Shown here in pieces: positions 21,601 to 64,000 of a DNA stretch of 64,000 bases (position 1 is its first letter; every line of letters begins with the position of its first letter). The stretch covers positions 10,622,463-10,686,462 of the forward strand of contig OZ037770.1 of assembly GCA_964035545.1 (NCBI GenBank), written 5' to 3'. Under the pieces are notes generated by a model. It was given only the letters and a program-made list of their open reading frames with translations. It had not been told where the DNA came from and made no database searches. The position numbers were made by a program, and so were the translations under genes. Source of the DNA: Bugula neritina (Eukaryota; Animalia; Bryozoa).

Positions 21601-21802
21601 GAGGTTTTCTTGAATCTACTCTAGAGGTAAGTCGTGCAGTTTATTATAGAGAATGATTTTACTATATTTGTAATTTTTGTTGGAAGTACATTTTAACCAA
21701 CCTGTGTACAGCATTGCACTCAGTGTTAGCTATTTATTGCAAAGAATGCAAAAAATGACCAGTACACACGCGCGCACACGCACACACGCACGCACGCATT
21801 AT

Positions 21803-21912
<110 letters not shown>

Positions 21913-22364
21913 GCTAAAAAACTAAAATAATGCTTTCTGAGTACCTATAGTATTATTTTTTCACTGACTGGTTATTTTAGTCCCTAACCTGATATCATCA
22001 AAAAATGTTTTGTTGGCTTAAATTATTCCACACTTGAAATAAATAATAAATCCGCCTCATATTCTATAGTGAGGCAGCTGTTATCTGGAGGTTGAAGCCC
22101 TGGCTTGGTAAACATAAAATCAGTTGCTGGTAATTTTAAGTATATAGTGAGTCATTCAGGGTATCCAGTTGTAGTTTCACTTTTGCTGTAATATTATAGA
22201 AAACGAGATCTTAGGCCACCTAAAGCTCAAATCACTAGGAATTATTGCGGAAATGTCGAAAATGTTGACTGTTAACTCACATGAGTTGCTTTTTACTACT
22301 TCCTTTTGAAAGTATACACAAAGTAGTGTTTGCTCTTTAATAGGTAACCTGATTTATTTTAGTT

Positions 22365-27453
<5,089 letters not shown>

Positions 27454-27812
27454 GTAGGTGACTTTTTGGAGCTTTCTGGAAACTTAGAAAAAACATAGAA
27501 TAGTTTTTTATTTTGATAAACTTTGAGCTTACTTTGAATAGATAAACCGTAAGTCATGTTGTTGAAACATTAAACCCTTAATGGACTTCTCACATTTTTT
27601 CTCTATATGTGCACCAAAATTGTTCAGCTATAATGCATAGGATATTTTCTGCAGTTTTAAACAAGGAGTTATTTCATAGGAGTTTTCGAAGTTGAATTGC
27701 AAATTAAATATAGTGTATATGATTGATTTTGAGACACATGTATAAGACTGAATAGCAGAATATTTTTTAATCATTTCAGGAAAACATCTTCAGTAAACTC
27801 AAATTATATGTA

Positions 27813-27922
<110 letters not shown>

Positions 27923-27988
27923 AAAATGAGTGTTTATAAAACGTTACTAGAGTGCTCTATAGAGCTATAAATCTAGAGCTAGTGGCTA

Positions 27989-28041
27989 ATTTATCTGACG
28001 AGTGCACATCGCTCTTGTGTACCAAACTACTAGTAATAAAT
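27989..28041 (+). ncRNA. Degenerate minimal type I hammerhead ribozyme in a ~160-bp Penelope pLTR-like insert between (TA)n tracts
   Basis: ATTTAT-CTGACGA-GTGCACA(loop)TGTGTAC-CAAA-CTACTAG-TA-ATAAAT. GAAA is mutated to CAAA. Confidence 0.7.
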
Positions 28042-28073
28042 GCCATTATATTAATCAAATCTCATTTTACTTC

Positions 28074-28113
<40 letters not shown>

Positions 28114-29328
28114 TTGCTTTTTTCTTGTTTTTTTAGTTCTATGAATGAGAAGCAAGAAAGAAAAATCTCTAAAAAAGATGGTATAGGTAGACAATTTCAA
28201 AAGCAGAAACTGGCTCTAAAGTTTAATAGCTACTGTTTAGCTACTTTTATTTGAACACAAAATAATTCAGGGTTCTGAAAAAGCACTCTTAAAAAGCTTT
28301 TACTTTTGTTCTCTTTTTTAGGTATCTAAATTGTTTGATTTTACTTGCATAACTTTGTGTTTTTGCAGTTTTGAACATAAATTTATTTTATGTCTATAAA
28401 TATCTGAAACTGAATTGCAGACCACATCTGTTGTACACATTTAATACTTTGTATGTACAAATAAATATTTTATATTTCTTTTTTGAACAAGGTGTCATTT
28501 TTTAAAAGTACATTTAATAGCATTGTTCAACAGCTAAAATGTATAATTCGCATTGCTATATGAAACAAGTTAATCTTATATATTTGTTGTACAATATAAA
28601 AACATCTTTGGATGCTACTTTACTATATTTCAGCATAAAAATGTTTTTAGGCAAACACTGTATGTTTTGACATATCCAACTATTTTTTAAAACTCTCTTA
28701 TTGATGCGGTGTAGCTAGGTATAAAAAGCTTGCTTGTATCAGCTATCCACAGCCTACATCTGCTTGCTTAGTATGTAATTTACATTGATAAGAAGAGTCA
28801 GTGCAAATAATGAAGTATATATAGTTTATTGTGAGCATATGAGATACAATAATCCATGACTTGTTGACTATTTGGCCTTCTTTTGATTACCTTCTGATTT
28901 TTATACCAAATCAGTTGTCTCGTGTATATAACTTTGAAACTTTCTAGTCTTTTTTTCGTAACTTGCTAAAGATGAATAATCTTAAATGAAGCATTTATAT
29001 CAGGATTGAAAAAATTTTGGTTTCACAAATTTATTTGCAACTTGAACAATTTTTACACCTATATTAGCCTACCATTGTTTATACACTGTAACTGTATGCT
29101 AGAATAATGTTAATCTTCGATGGTGCTTTCTTACTCATACTCACATTTCATCATTAGAACATTAGTCAGTTTTCTACGATTTTAGGTAATGATAGCACAT
29201 ATGGTAATGGCACAAATAAAAAAGTAGGTCAAAATAGCACAGTGATGTTAAGTTTTTCAAAAGCCTAACCTCCTCGTACCCCATCCCAAACCCTAACCTC
29301 AATTTTCTGGACCCAACCCCCACTGCAA

Positions 29329-29543
29329 ACTCACGCAAGTTTAAAGTCACTATCCCTGTGAGAAACCCCTGGTAAAAAAAGTTTCTGTTAAAGAAGGCTG
29401 AGGACTTATGTAAATGAGGTACAAGAGCAACTATTTGGAGTCGTACTCTTCCTAACATCACCAATGGCTTTTGTTCGGGCTCAAACCCAAGGCCTTGTGT
29501 TCGCTAGGCAAACGCTCTAACCCGTAGGCCACGGCTGTTCTCT
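29329..29543 (-). mobile_element. Same SINE family, copy 2
   Basis: Homologous to 18010-18221. TSD CCAACCCCCACTGCAAACTC at 29313 and 29544. Confidence 0.88.
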
Positions 29544-30149
29544 CCAACCCCCACTGCAAACTCCCAATATTAAACATTTTACCTACTTTTCCATGTGTGC
29601 CATTATTACCTGCGCCTCTTTTACTGTACCCTTTACTGGTGCTTTTTTACTTGACATCGTTTTCTACTCACTGCACACATTATTGCCCTAACTTATTGAT
29701 TATACTTTATGGTTATAGCCATTACAATGAGAATAATTTCTTGTTCCATTGCATTGTCAATACCAACACATATAATATACAAATTGTAAGCAGATGTTAC
29801 AAGCATGAGCAGATCAGTTAGTAATCATATCACTTGTCATGCACATAACCACCATAAACTGATATATAGTTGAGAAATATTTGCTCTATAAGTGAACTCA
29901 TCAAGTTACCGCTTACCTCTTACCTCTAATTATCTCTTCTTTTTTAGTACGCACTAGAACATGTAGCAAGAGGCACGCCTCTACAGTTTTCAATTACAGG
30001 CCAGCAAGTATTTTCAGTGTGTCGCACATATGCAACTCTGATGTATTGACTAATTACTTAGCATATATTTAAGCTTCTGAACTGTTTTTGGAAGGAAGCT
30101 GCCAATTTTGCAAAATTGGTTGAGGGATCACCCATGCTTGATACCCTAA

Positions 30150-31200
30150 GAGAACTTGTATTTTAGGTTTTACCGTTTATCAGCTCATCATAGGAGTTGG
30201 TTAGAGATGCATGATTTTTCTCATTAGATAGAAGTCGCAACATTAACTTGTGCCTCAGCTTGAAGCGTCTGTCGGCGAGAGTTTCTAGGTTTAGTTTGTT
30301 ACTTGCCGCACGGATACTGTATCTGCCTTTCAATTTAGCAATGAATCTGATTGCAGTATTTTGCACCTGTTCTATATCTTTGATGATGTATTGCAAACTG
30401 GGATCCTAAATTGCTGCTGCATATGTGACCCAGGCAGTCAGAAAAGCACTTTGTGACAAAATTCACATTTTCAATTAATGCTTGATTCTTATTTGCCTCT
30501 TTATACTGATTGATTTGCACTTTAAATTTTTGAAATCGGACCACTATTATAATAGTAGTCCGATTTCAAAAATTTAAACTGCAAATCAATCAGTATAAAG
30601 AGGCAAATAAGAATCAAGCATTAACTGAAAATGTGAATTTTGTCACAAAGTGCTTTTCTGACTGCCTGGGTCACATATTTTAGTTGTGGCCTACAGAATG
30701 AGGTGTACGCTAGAAGCTTGGCTTTTGCAGGTGCATTAAACAAGGCAAGCCTAATCATACCCAATTGTCTTTTAGCTTTGCTTATTTTGTCAATAATATG
30801 ATCAATGAATTTTAGGTATGTTTGTATAGTAAAACGCAAGTACTTCGCTTCTTGTACAACTAAGAGAGATTTGTGGGCAATGGTATATTCAGCATCAGGA
30901 GTTTGTTGTTGGCGGCCCAATACCATAACGGCACATTTATCAGCATTAAAGGACATGCATGATGAGCTGGCCCAATCTTCTAGTGCATTAATGTTGGCAT
31001 AGAAAGCTCGTTTGTTTTATTGTAACGTGTTGACTACTTGGTTAGATAAGTGTATCATCAGCGAAAAGGCTTATATTACAGTTTACATACTTCAGCAGGT
31101 CATTTATATAAACCAGAAAGAGAACTGGACCAAGAACAGAGCCCTGAGGCACTCCAGATGTAAATGCCCGCTTTGATGATGCATGAACTTAGATGACCAC
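30150..31200 (-). pseudogene. Degenerate CR1/jockey-group LINE reverse transcriptase 3' fragment
   Basis: [44 protein letters not shown] and IEQVQNTAIRFI across frames, with stops. Confidence 0.88.
30421..30678. mobile_element. Fold-back palindromic MITE with 129-bp arms, inserted in the LINE relic
   Basis: ATATGTGACCCAGGCAG...CTGCCTGGGTCACATAT with no spacer, centre 30549/30550. ATAT appears duplicated: removing the insert restores LKYAAAI. Confidence 0.9.
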
Positions 31201-31274
31201 TTTTTGCTTGCAATTGCTAAGGAATCCACATTAAAGTTTGGTGGTTTATTTCTGGAAAATAACGAAGATAATGA

Positions 31275-31737
31275 AGTTGTCTTTATCCTTTCACGATTTT
31301 CGGTCAGAAATTCAAATTGGCCGGGTTGAAATTTCTCCGAGTTGCATTGCATTGTAAAACCCACTCGTACAAATTTTTCTATTGTGATAACTTAATCGAC
31401 GATTTTAAAATAATATTCAAAATAAGAAATAACTCCTTGTAAGCACCTTTATTTAGTTATAATTTTGGCGATTAGACGACAGATTTATATATTGATAGTT
31501 ATATCCCCTACACCTTCTCAATTATTGCATTTATGCTGTCAACTACACTAATTCATAATGTTTACAAAGGACATCAAATAGCAATTAGGCAAGTCAGATT
31601 TCAATTTTAGAAAGTAAGCTTCCCCCTCAATGTGATTTCAATGATTTTCAGTTTGACTATAAGGGGGGGGGGGGTGCTCCGGCAAGTGTTATTTACCGAA
31701 ACTCAAAACTTTTTTCAGTAGAGGTATAACAGCAACT
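31275..31737. mobile_element. ~450-bp non-autonomous TIR element (AGTTGCGTTTATACCT family), old copy
   Basis: Homologous to 53780-54226, with degenerate TIRs. Confidence 0.8.
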
Positions 31738-32510
31738 TAATTCTATCAATTACTTTCCCTTTAATATTTTCAGCATCATGTACATTTAACTTGGAGAACC
31801 AAGGTGGAGCTCAAAAAGCTGTTCACAAACTAAGTGAACTTTTGGGAAAAAATATTTTCCCTGAAAAGCTTAAATTTCCATCTAGGGGGGATTTCCCCTA
31901 GCCATAGTTATCTTCATTTGTGGTAAAGTGAATATAAAACTCACCCCAACCTAATCTTTTACTTCATACTTTTTAAAGGGCAAAAGTGGTATACATAACA
32001 AGAAAACTAATTAACATTCTTATACCTAGTAAAGGAGATCTTGAGTAAATCTACTTGGTTGCCATGGTTTCAGTTTGGGAAGATCTATATCTTAACATCT
32101 AAGTTTCTGATTTATAGCTGTTTTGTATAGAAGATTAGCCAATGATATATGATTATTCAACACATTATATGTGCCTGTTTTTGTGCCTTAGTAATATTTA
32201 TACAGTGCTTGTTAACAAGGAACTATATTCTATTTGTGCAGGTCAGCTAGATTATATATACAGCTCAAGAGGTTTTTATGAATCTATACTGAAGGTATGT
32301 CGTGCAGTTTATTATAGAGAATTATTTTACTACATATATGTATGTTTTGTTGGGGATACACTTCAACCTACCAGTGTACAACTTTGCCATCAGTGTTAGC
32401 TATTTATTGCACAGAATGAAAAAAAATGACTAGTATATATAATACTAGTATATATAATACTAGTATATATATATGCATACAAATATATATATATATATAT
32501 ATATGTATAT

Positions 32511-32621
<111 letters not shown>

Positions 32622-32628
32622 TTATATA

Positions 32629-33418
<790 letters not shown>

Positions 33419-33874
33419 TTATATATATATTTATTCGAAAGACTATATATACAATACTACTCTCTGAGCACATAGTCTTATCACTTAGGTTATATTTGTC
33501 TTTCACATGATCATTGGAGAGATATTTTATTCTTCTATATTATCCCATCCGCGAAATGAAAAATAGACGCACTTCATAATATTTTATTGGGGCAGCTGTA
33601 GTTTAGGGTCTAGAGCCCTGGGCCGGCAAACAAAAAGTCAGTCGCTTGATTCTAGGAAAATGTTAGTGGTGAAGATAGAGAGGCGTTCAGTCATTATTGA
33701 TCTTTTGCTGCAATAGAAAGCAAGACCTTAGGCCACTTAAAGCTCGAAACACTAAGTTTCTTGCAGAGATTGTGACTACATACCCACATGAGTTGTTTTT
33801 GTTACTTCCTGATGCAACATATAGCTAAAATAGTGTTTGCTCTTTAATAATAGGTAACCTGATTTATTTTAGTT

Positions 33875-39171
<5,297 letters not shown>

Positions 39172-39240
39172 AACCTTTGAGGAGCAGAAACTTATAGAAG
39201 ATGGACTGATTTTTAGTTTCAATAGCTAACTTTAAGCTAA

Positions 39241-39716
39241 AGTTTCGTTTATACCTTCACAATTTTTAGTCAGAAATTAAGTTTGGCCCAGTTGAAATTT
39301 CACCAAGTGCATTGCATTGTAAAAGCCACTTGTCAAATTGTTTGTACAACTGTGATGATTTAATCGGCTGTTTTCAGAATAATAATCAAAAAGAATAGTA
39401 ACTCCTTGTAAATATATCAGCATTTAATTATGACTTTGGCATCTAGATGACATACTTATGTATGTTTATAAGTATATATCAGCTAAACTTTCTAAATAAC
39501 GGCTTTTATGCTGTCAACTTTATTAATTCACTACGCTTTCAAAGGGCATCTAATAGCGAGTAGGTGGGTCATATTTCACTATTAGAAAGTAAACTTTTCA
39601 TCAATATGATTCCACTGAGTTTTAGTTTGACTATATAAAGTGATACTCAGATGAATGTTATGCAGTTGTTAACTGAAACTCTGTACTTTTTTCAGTATAT
39701 AGGTATAAGCGCAACT
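39241..39716. mobile_element. AGTTGCGTTTATACCT-family non-autonomous element, old copy
   Basis: Homologous to 53780-54226. Ends AGTTTCGTTTATACC and AGGTATAAGCGCAACT. Confidence 0.8.
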
Positions 39717-41518
39717 CAAGTGTAATTGGATACAATTCTTTGAGAAAAAAATTTACAAATAATATAAAATACTATTTTCTTTTATAAGTTTAACTTCGAA
39801 TGCATAGCATATTGTGTTTTTGTAATTTTGAACACCAAGTCATTTCATATAAATATCTGAAACTTATAAATTGCAGACTACACTTTGTTGTACACATTTG
39901 ATACTTCGCATGTAGAAATAAATATATATATGGCTTATAAACATGAGGTGTCATTTATTAAAAGCTAAATTCAATATGATTGTGCAATAAATAAAATATA
40001 AATATTTTAGCTCTGTAAAATAATTGAGAATAGTATTTGGTGTATAAATTGCACCTTTGGTCCATTGTTACATTTTTTAAAATTTTCATCAAAATAATCA
40101 TAATTATAGTAAAAACAAGTTAGCACAGTTTTATTGCATATAAACAGGTAAATACTTTGCTTTTTGATATATGACTCAACAATCTTTTTAAAACTTTGTT
40201 ATAATTAAGTATGTATTTCTTCAATATGCATTGTATAGGACGTAAAAAACAAGCTGCCATCCGCGGCATACTTTTCCTTGTCTAGTATGTACTTTATATA
40301 AATAATGAAGTATATGATAATAAAGCCACCTCATGATTGGATAGTCTCTTTAATAAACAAGTAGTAGCAAGTGGCAGATTTAAAAGGTTAAGGGCTGTAC
40401 TTTGTATACTTGAAACAAAAAATAATTCTTCATTTAAGCAAAAGGTAGACCAACACATTCGTTTAGCTTAAATTATCTAGGTTTCTGAATTATTTTTAAC
40501 CATGTTTATAAAGTCTCATTAACTGTCGGTTTCAGCAATAATTTCAGCCCTTTCAGCTATTTACCTGAAGTAAAGTTGGTTTTATTAGTGAGACAAATTG
40601 TTTTGTTACGCTGTTACATGTTGAGTCTATGAGCCAATTGCTCTGGAAATTCATACTACAATGACATGGAGACAATAACTTCTTGCTTTCATAGAGTTAT
40701 TTAATCATGATGCTTGCACTGAAAAATAGTTCAAACTGGTTTTAGTCAAAACTCTTTATATAAGTAGCTGGTCAAGATATAAAACAATTTACAAGCGTTT
40801 TATCATATTGAGCATTAAATGGATTACGAAAAATATTCCGAGTTTACAACTATATTGTTTTCTTTTATCCAACTTTTAGTTTTAACTCTTAGCACACGAA
40901 AACGTAAAGAAGATGTAAATAGTTTAAAATTAATATATTATCGCGCCAAAAATTTATGAAGATTATTTTTTCCTTTTAAAGCAAGTGAAAATTTTTTTTG
41001 AAAATAAATATATATTATATAAAAATGTTAGGTTCTCTCAAAGTCTACAAATGGGGTATCAGGAAACTAGAATAAACAAATATCATATCTATATATCTCT
41101 CAGCAGTACAGCAAGTTTTCCCTACTAACAATGAGATGCTGTGTCTTATAGGAATCAATGTTTTTTCTCATCTCGGACTGTCACATAGATCTTTTTTGGA
41201 CAGTCTGGATGCAAGCATGCAGATGGATTTTCAACTCCACCGTATGTTTTCAATAACCGATCTCTTTCGCTATTCACATCAATTTCTTTCGCAACTACAA
41301 AATTGTTGAGTTAGTATTACACAATATATCTTAGTTTTTCCAGTCACCTAGCTGACAGTCTGCAATGTAAAAAACTTTGGCTGTTAAAATCCTTTCATTT
41401 CCATTAATCAATTTTATAAATCATACGATTTTATCACATATCCTGACCTGTTTCATCAACATCTACTACAAACTGTAAACAAAATACCTACTGAATATAT
41501 TCACATTTGTCCACTATA

Positions 41519-42092
<574 letters not shown>

Positions 42093-44419
42093 AATACATT
42101 CAAATACTATAATATGAAAATATTGATTTTAACTAACATAGTTGTGATCATACTCATTTTACTTATTACAGTGTATGATAAGTCACCTGTATTAGTAGTA
42201 GCAGCTTACAAATTATACATAAGTTTTTGAATATTATATCACTTGTCTGCCATTACAGAATACTCTGCAGATCTCTCAGGCAGGTAGATCCTGTGAGAAT
42301 TTTGATTGTTCAACAACTCACGTCTGTGGGCAAGTAGCTGAAGATGAACCAAAATGTGTCTGCGAAGTTGACAGACATTTTTTCTTAGAAGTTGTGATTT
42401 ACCTATTGTTTGTTATATAATGTGTGTGATAATATATGTAAGTAATACAAAAATAAATAGCTGCATCTCTTTTGTAAGTCAACGCAAAATTTGAATTTTT
42501 ATATTTCTATACTCATGTGTTCTTCATTTAAGTTGTATTTTATATTTTTATTTTGAAACCAAGCTGAAGCAGAGATTGTTGGAGCGTTTGGTTTAGAATT
42601 TTTTAAATTATAATTGTTACTTCTTATAGCTTTGTGTATTTTGTTTGAAAACTTGCATATATACATTAGTTACAAAAACCTTAAAATAAAGTGCTACGCT
42701 TTATATAAATTGTAACAAACTATGAACAAGTTGTATGCTGCAGTCTGCATATATAACTTATGGTTTATTATACTTAATGTTTTTTACTTCACGTTTCTGT
42801 GCGTACTTGATATACATTGTGATAGGCACCATTGCTCTTCTTACACACACAGTGATCATTATCTTAGTGTGTGGCTGCTGCTTTAAGAACGCTAGGCCTC
42901 TAAGGGTGAATACTCAGATAATTTATAAGAAATAGAAGACATGGCCATGTATATGGATCCATTCAACAATAGAAAAATGAGAGCTCTAACTCACTTTTAT
43001 GCTGCTAGAAATTAGGCATTACGCCTGCATATAGCAGTGTTTATGTTTATCACAATATGAAGCCCAACTTTTGCTTTGAAACTATTATTCCCTGGTTTTA
43101 TTTACCTACATTTATATTATATTGATTATGAGAATTTTTTGCAAAACATAATGGTCAGCATATTTGAATTGCATGCTTTGCTCATTATGATTCAAAGTTT
43201 TCACTTTTATTTTCTATGGTATTTCCAATATATAGTTTCGCACCATGTTTTAAAATTAACAAAATAATTTTTTGCTAGACTTTTAACACAATTCAAATAA
43301 AAAAATCTTCTTCACTAATTTGATTATATGAAATGTATTTTTTATATGCTATAACACGAATTTTGCTAATTTGCATTTTAGTTTATATAATTCAGTGATT
43401 TGAAATACATTATAATAAAAATAGAAATATTGATACGAAAATGTATTTATCATGAAATAAATATAATAGTATTATTATAGCCTGCCGTGTTTGGCTTAAG
43501 TTGGTGACAAAACTGTGAGCATATTATGCCATAAAAATTGAAATAATTAAACAAAGCTAAGAATTAGTAATATTATAAAATGTTGTGAGCTAAAAGCTAT
43601 TAAAATTTTATTATCTAGAAAGCAACTTTAAAAATAAGTAATGTTTTGATGTTATTCTAATTTTATGCTTCAAAATAAGAGTGCTTGAACATAAATTTTC
43701 AAAAACAATGTTGGCCATCTCCAACTGATAGTGAACTATACAAGCTATAAAACATTAAATTGTAATTGAGATAATGCTTAATACTACAAAATAATTGTTG
43801 TTATGAAAAATTTTTACTTTCTTTAACAAGCTTAAAAATTATACTGTTTTGGGTTATTATACCTAGACTACTTGTTTTTTTATATACCTGTATTAGGTTT
43901 ACAATTTTAGAAATTTAAAATGGCAGTTATTGCATATAATATATGGAGGCAAATTTTGACAATAAATTAGTCAAACTAGCAAGCTTAAAAATTCACCTAC
44001 AACTGGTAATGGTAGTAATCGTAACATACTAACTGTAAAAAGTATGAATACAACAGCAACTTTGTAGTGTTATAAAAATAGTTGATTTAATATAAATGTG
44101 AGGCATATGCTTTGAATGCATTTTTGTTAGTGGTCTTTTCAAAACAAAAATGTTGCTCATTTGAAATATTTCTTAATGATTATTTAAACAAAATCACCAA
44201 TTAAACTCTAAAAACGCAATATTTTTGTTTAATTATACTATTGAATCGAAAATAAAAAATGGTCTTCATTAGCTTATAATTAAACAGAAATAGTTATTGT
44301 GTCATTTCAACGTAGTAAGTAAGTTCGATCCATAAACTAAAAGTAGGGCAACATGTTTCTCTATCCCGCATGTAATATGAGTATCACAACATTCAGTATG
44401 TCAATTATATTGTCTAGAA

Positions 44420-46156
44420 CAGGGGTGTCCAACCTTTTCAGACCGAGGGCCAGTCTGCAATTTTCAGCTTGGGCCGAGGCCCACAGATTTCTTTCTGTTT
44501 TTAAAATCAATTTTCAAGATTCATAAAACATCTGCAGGCTATAAGTATTGTAATTATAAGCAATGGCTAGGCTTTGCATGTTTATTAAAATCATAACATA
44601 TTTAAATAGATATATATTATTTATGTGTGTGTATGTGCGTATATATGCATTTAAATAAAATAGGTAAACAAGAAAAATTTCATTTTTATTACTTTAATAA
44701 TCAATAATTATATATGCATTTATGTTTATGAATAAAAAATTTTACATATACATACAAAGTATATATTCATGATTGTACACGCAAATTTAAGCAAGATGTG
44801 CCAGTGCTAAGAGTCTGTACTCATACCAGTATAGTTATATTTTACAAGCATCAGTGAGACACTTGTGAGTACACAGTGAGTATTGTTTGCCTTGAGCAAT
44901 TCTCTCAATTCTCTAGTTTCGTATCAGAACATATAACTCTTAGTTGCTGGACTAAGTGCTGACTAGTGAGTGAAGTGTAGTATCTATTTTTGTGTATTTC
45001 ATTTGACTGCAAATTAAAAGTTCAAAGTTCAAAACTTCAAGCCATCTCAATGCTAATGCTGTGCAGTGCAGCATCTAACAAGCAGTCAAAGGTCAAAGGT
45101 CAAGGAGATCACAAATCCCAAATCATTTCAGTACATATTCGCACAAAATTCATTATAAAGCAAAATTGTTTAGGCATCTAACCTTGAAACAGTATGTATA
45201 AATGAAAATTAACATATATAAGAATATTTTAGTACTATATAAGTGAAATGTGTCAGGGATTCTTCAGCTATAGTACTTATCCTTCACAATACAGTCAATA
45301 AAAATGAGATCTTATAGTAATACTTTCAAAAAAGTCTTGTCTCTATATGGCCGGTCCTGATTAAATGTCTTTGAAATATTTATCTGCACAGGATAGCTAA
45401 AGGCAACTCTTTAGCTGCACCGGCCTTGCTGAGGTTTGCATTGTAACTGTGTAAAAATTCAATAGGCTACCAGTAAAAAAATCTCATTTAATTGTAGGTT
45501 ACTAGAATCAAAATTTAAAAACTATGTTGTGAATCTTATTTTTACAAATGCAATTTTGTTGGAATTTTTTCATTCTTTTAATTGTAAAGTTATAGAAAAA
45601 AACTGCACATTTTCGGCTAATTTTGCCTGAAAAGTTGATCTTTTAGTACCAGTAAAATATCTTATAGCAAGAAAACATGATATCTGAATAAAAAAAAGGA
45701 ATGGCTTTTATATTTTATGTAAATTATGGAAATGGTATATTTCTTTTTAAGTAAAAGCACTGTGCATCACTTCACACTTCAGTGAACGCGTAGAGATGAG
45801 TATATAATAATATAGGCGTCTACATTGTAAGTAGTTAAGGCCTTGCTAGCTAACAGGCTATGATGACTAGCTTGCTGTTATCGGTTGTAGTTTGATCTCA
45901 GGCTAAACAATGACAAGTAGGCAACACGCATGCCACCCACAGAACAATATTGTACAAGAACTTAGACTACATTTCAATAGAAATTCTTAGTGGGGTACTC
46001 TCAGCTATCCCATATGTGCTGCTGTTTCAGGCTAGTTAGCAAATTTGATAAACACAAATTTGTAACTTGCTATACCTTGGGGGGGGGGGGGCACACAAAT
46101 ATAGCTGGGGGGCCGAATGGGGGGGGGCCTCCTTCGCCGCCTGTTGGACAGCCCTG
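44420..46156. mobile_element. Non-autonomous hAT (Charlie-like) element
   Basis: TIR CAGGGGTGTCCAAC...GTTGGACAGCCCTG. 8-bp TSD GTCTAGAA (44412-44419 and 46157-46164). No transposase ORF. Confidence 0.92.
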
Positions 46157-46333
46157 GTCTAGAATAAGTTGCTCAGCCTTACCTCACTTTTGTTAGTAGT
46201 CTTTTCAAAACAAAAATAATGCTAATTTCAAATATTTCTTAATGATTATTTAAACAAAATCACCAAATGAACTCTAAAAATGCAATATCTTTGTTTAATT
46301 ATACTATTAAATAAAAAAAAAATTGTCTTTACA

Positions 46334-47049
46334 CAGGATAGTTAAGGGCAACCTTTTAGCTGCAACTGTACCAGTACCAGTAAAATCAAATCTCACCTAA
46401 TTGTGCTAGAGTTAAAATTTAAAAACTATGTTGTAGATCTTCTCTTTCCCCAGTGTACTTTTTGGAAATTTCAATTTTCATTTTTTTTGCAAAGTTCTAG
46501 ACAAAAAACTGCCCAATTTGGGCTAAGTTTGCCTGAAAAGCTGACTTTTCAGTACCAGTAAAATATCTCAGCGGCAAAACATGATATCTGAATAAAATTT
46601 GCACGGTTGGAATCCTGAGATATTTCTCCAGTGCAAATTTTTTCCTTTTTCTAATAACTTTTCTAGATTGTTCATAAATTGGTGATTTATACACTGAAAA
46701 TGCTATATTTGTCATAGATAATTAGCAGCGCGCAGCACTCCACGCTTCAATGAGCACACAGGGATGAGAAGATATTGGCTCAAACATACTAATTACAGGC
46801 TGGCTAGCTGGCAGGATATAATGAATAGCTTGCTTTGTACTTTGTTTATGTAGCACCCATAATGGAATGTTGATAGATAACGCAGCCCTAATGAGGGTTG
46901 CTGCCTATTGGTTGTAATTTAATCTTAGGCTAAACAATTGCAAGTAGGCAACACGCATGCCACCCGAAGAGCAATGTTATTCAAGAATCTGAACGACACG
47001 TTGTGAGAAATTTATGATATTCTTAGTGAGGATGCCCTTAACTATCCTG
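46334..47049. mobile_element. ~715-bp MITE with 17-bp TIR; a second, degenerate copy is nested at ~45388-46010
   Basis: CAGGATAGTTAAGGGCA...TGCCCTTAACTATCCTG. The empty site is visible in the duplicate at ~44261-44275. Confidence 0.78.
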
Positions 47050-47495
47050 CTTATTAGCTTATAATTAAACAGAAATAGTTATTGCGTCATTTCAACATAG
47101 TAAGTAAGTTCGATCCATAAACTAAAAGTAGGGCAACATGTTTCTCTATCCCCGCATGTATTATGAGTATCACAACATTCAGTATGTCAATTATATTGTC
47201 TAGAAAAAGTACCTCATTGTTTTCTATTTGTATAGTTTCTATAAGCTCTTAAAATTGGAATAATACTCACTATTGCTAACAATAGATTTAAACAAAAGGG
47301 TATAGGGTCAGGTGTGATAATCTTTGCAATCAACTATAAAGAATAAAACACTGTGATGTTTTTACAATGTAATAGTTTGCTTACTGTTTGTCAAGCAAAG
47401 AAGACATTTACAGATACTGGTAATCAAAGTGTGGGAATGCGTGAGAAATAATTTTCAAAAATATTTAGCATCCATTATAATTCAACTATATCATA

Positions 47496-63840
<16,345 letters not shown>

Positions 63841-64000
63841 GTATGTTGTAAACGACTAAAGTAGTAGAATACTGTTAGCTACTCAATTGGATCATTTTGT
63901 AATCTGTATAAGACTCTCGTGTGTTTATAGTCATTACCCCTGCAAAAACCTCTGACGGAAATGGTTTTTTTAGCTACATAATAGCTTCTAATGTGAACAA

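Noticed and set aside
21109-21626. Conserved exon-like blocks (also 31774-32294) as coding exons
   Set aside because: Stops interrupt the frames in both copies; more likely 5' UTR exons or relics.

Overview
AT-rich, intron- and microsatellite-rich animal (invertebrate) genomic DNA in four blocks. (1) Bases 1-16680 are the right part of an apparently intact Polinton/Maverick (adintovirus-like) element, with all genes on the minus strand. It carries the start of the protease, major capsid, core proteins, penton, chromodomain integrase, pPolB (vOTU-like and Vsr-like domains), packaging ATPase and small accessory ORFs. It ends in ~130-bp subterminal repeats and ACTACT, abutting a (TA)n tract in a host intron. 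Reading by hand adds features the ORF track misses: a 6-exon gene (359 aa, candidate OB-fold ssDNA-binding protein) whose TGA is in frame with an ATG-less pPolB, an intron splitting the ATPase Walker A motif, and a 44-aa Cys micro-ORF. (2) ~16.8-39.2 kb holds three tandem, divergent four-transmembrane MS4A/CD20-like host genes on the + strand. (3) ~40-47 kb is intergenic with nested DNA transposons. (4) From 47496 to the end is a host M12B (ADAM/ADAMTS-like) metalloprotease gene with 10 exons traced. Intron 1 holds a tandem 272-nt array of minimal hammerhead ribozymes (non-LTR retrozyme). Intron 3 holds a full-length but degenerate Mag-like Ty3/Gypsy element. Scattered elements include V-SINE-like SINEs with TSDs, hAT and other MITEs, a CR1-like LINE relic, a 258-bp palindrome, and Penelope-type fragments with hammerheads.
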